From contig CBFHKH010000001.1 of NCBI GenBank assembly GCA_965656375.1, forward strand, positions 475,319 through 512,844: a stretch of DNA of 37,526 bases. The letters run 5' to 3'. The position numbers and the translations under genes are program-made. Each line of letters opens with the position of its first letter. Within the stretch, counting starts at the first letter, position 1. Positions 36,950 to 37,526 of this stretch are shown here, one piece after another. The notes beneath the pieces are model-generated. The model was not told the DNA's origin and ran no database searches. It saw nothing but the letters and a program-made list of their open reading frames with translations. This DNA is from Minisyncoccia bacterium (lineage in GTDB: Bacteria > Patescibacteriota > Minisyncoccia > Phycocordibacterales > UBA9973).

Positions 36950-37526
36950 ATGATTAAAATTGGCATCGTTGGCCCCAACGGAAATGTAGGTATCGCATTT
37001 ACAAATGCTATTAAAAACTACACAAAAGGATATACAGTGTATCCTCTTACACGAGATTACTTTGTTAACAACATGGCATCGAACTCCCCTCGAGTTCCTC
37101 TTTCCCAATTGGACATTATCATCCTAGCAGTAAAGCCAAAAGATGCGATGAGTGCCCTCTATCCGATGAGAAATCAAATATCTCCGGAGACGCTTTTCAT
37201 CTCACCGGTATCTTGCCTTAATTCCTTCAACATCAAAACGACACTCAATATTGCGTTTGATAGAATTGTAACGCTTACGCTCAATACAAATATTGAGTAC
37301 GGGCAAGGAATCGTAGCATACAACGCTACGGGCGGTGCAGCATCGAGGGAGATTATTGATCTTTTAACACCTTTTTCAAAAAAAATTGAAGCGGTGCCAC
37401 AAAAGGATATTCAGAAAAATGTAACTATCATTGGCTCTGGTAATGCATTCTGGGCTCGGTATCTTGCCTTGCGTGCAGTCGGACGACCAGAAGCGCAGTT
37501 TGACCACTTTAACGAATACATATCAA
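36950..37526 (+). CDS. Pyrroline-5-carboxylate reductase-like protein, partial; runs off the window
   Basis: MIKIGIVGPNGNVG Rossmann start, DIIILAVKP, LNT...G.G and GSGNAF, matching the ProC motif order; frame open to the window end. Confidence 0.65.
   Translation, partial: MIKIGIVGPNGNVGIAFTNAIKNYTKGYTVYPLTRDYFVNNMASNSPRVPLSQLDIIILAVKPKDAMSALYPMRNQISPETLFISPVSCLNSFNIKTTLNIAFDRIVTLTLNTNIEYGQGIVAYNATGGAASREIIDLLTPFSKKIEAVPQKDIQKNVTIIGSGNAFWARYLALRAVGRPEAQFDHFNEYIS

Overview
This window most likely comes from a Patescibacteria/CPR (Parcubacteria-like) genome. That is an inference from the gene content, the short RF2 and the many leaderless genes; standard code 11 is used. The right end is housekeeping: tRNA-Gln(CTG), LOG protein, pyrG, ftsX, ftsE, prfB, tRNA-Thr(CGT), a partial proC-like gene and a csoR-copA copper locus. 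The left two thirds is accessory DNA in four parts. (1) A four-gene restriction-modification-like cassette (C5 methyltransferase, PD-(D/E)xK-like protein, SF2/Z1 protein, 140-aa ORF) bracketed by a 13-bp direct repeat. (2) Two large secreted proteins, one with a eukaryote-like F-box-associated (Fbs1-type) lectin domain, lying between copies of a REP-like repeat. (3) A RAYT/Y1 transposase whose repeat truncates a histidine phosphatase gene. (4) A ~10.9-kb putative integrative element carrying a large serine recombinase, a ParB-methyltransferase/TerS/TerL module with no portal or capsid genes, an extended Hachiman-like operon (HamA, HamB, PD-(D/E)xK nuclease, HEPN-like protein) and a structured non-coding RNA laid out like P4 CI / P1 c4 antisense RNAs. 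A candidate leader-peptide attenuator precedes the proC-like gene. All calls come from reading motifs by eye; no database searches were run.
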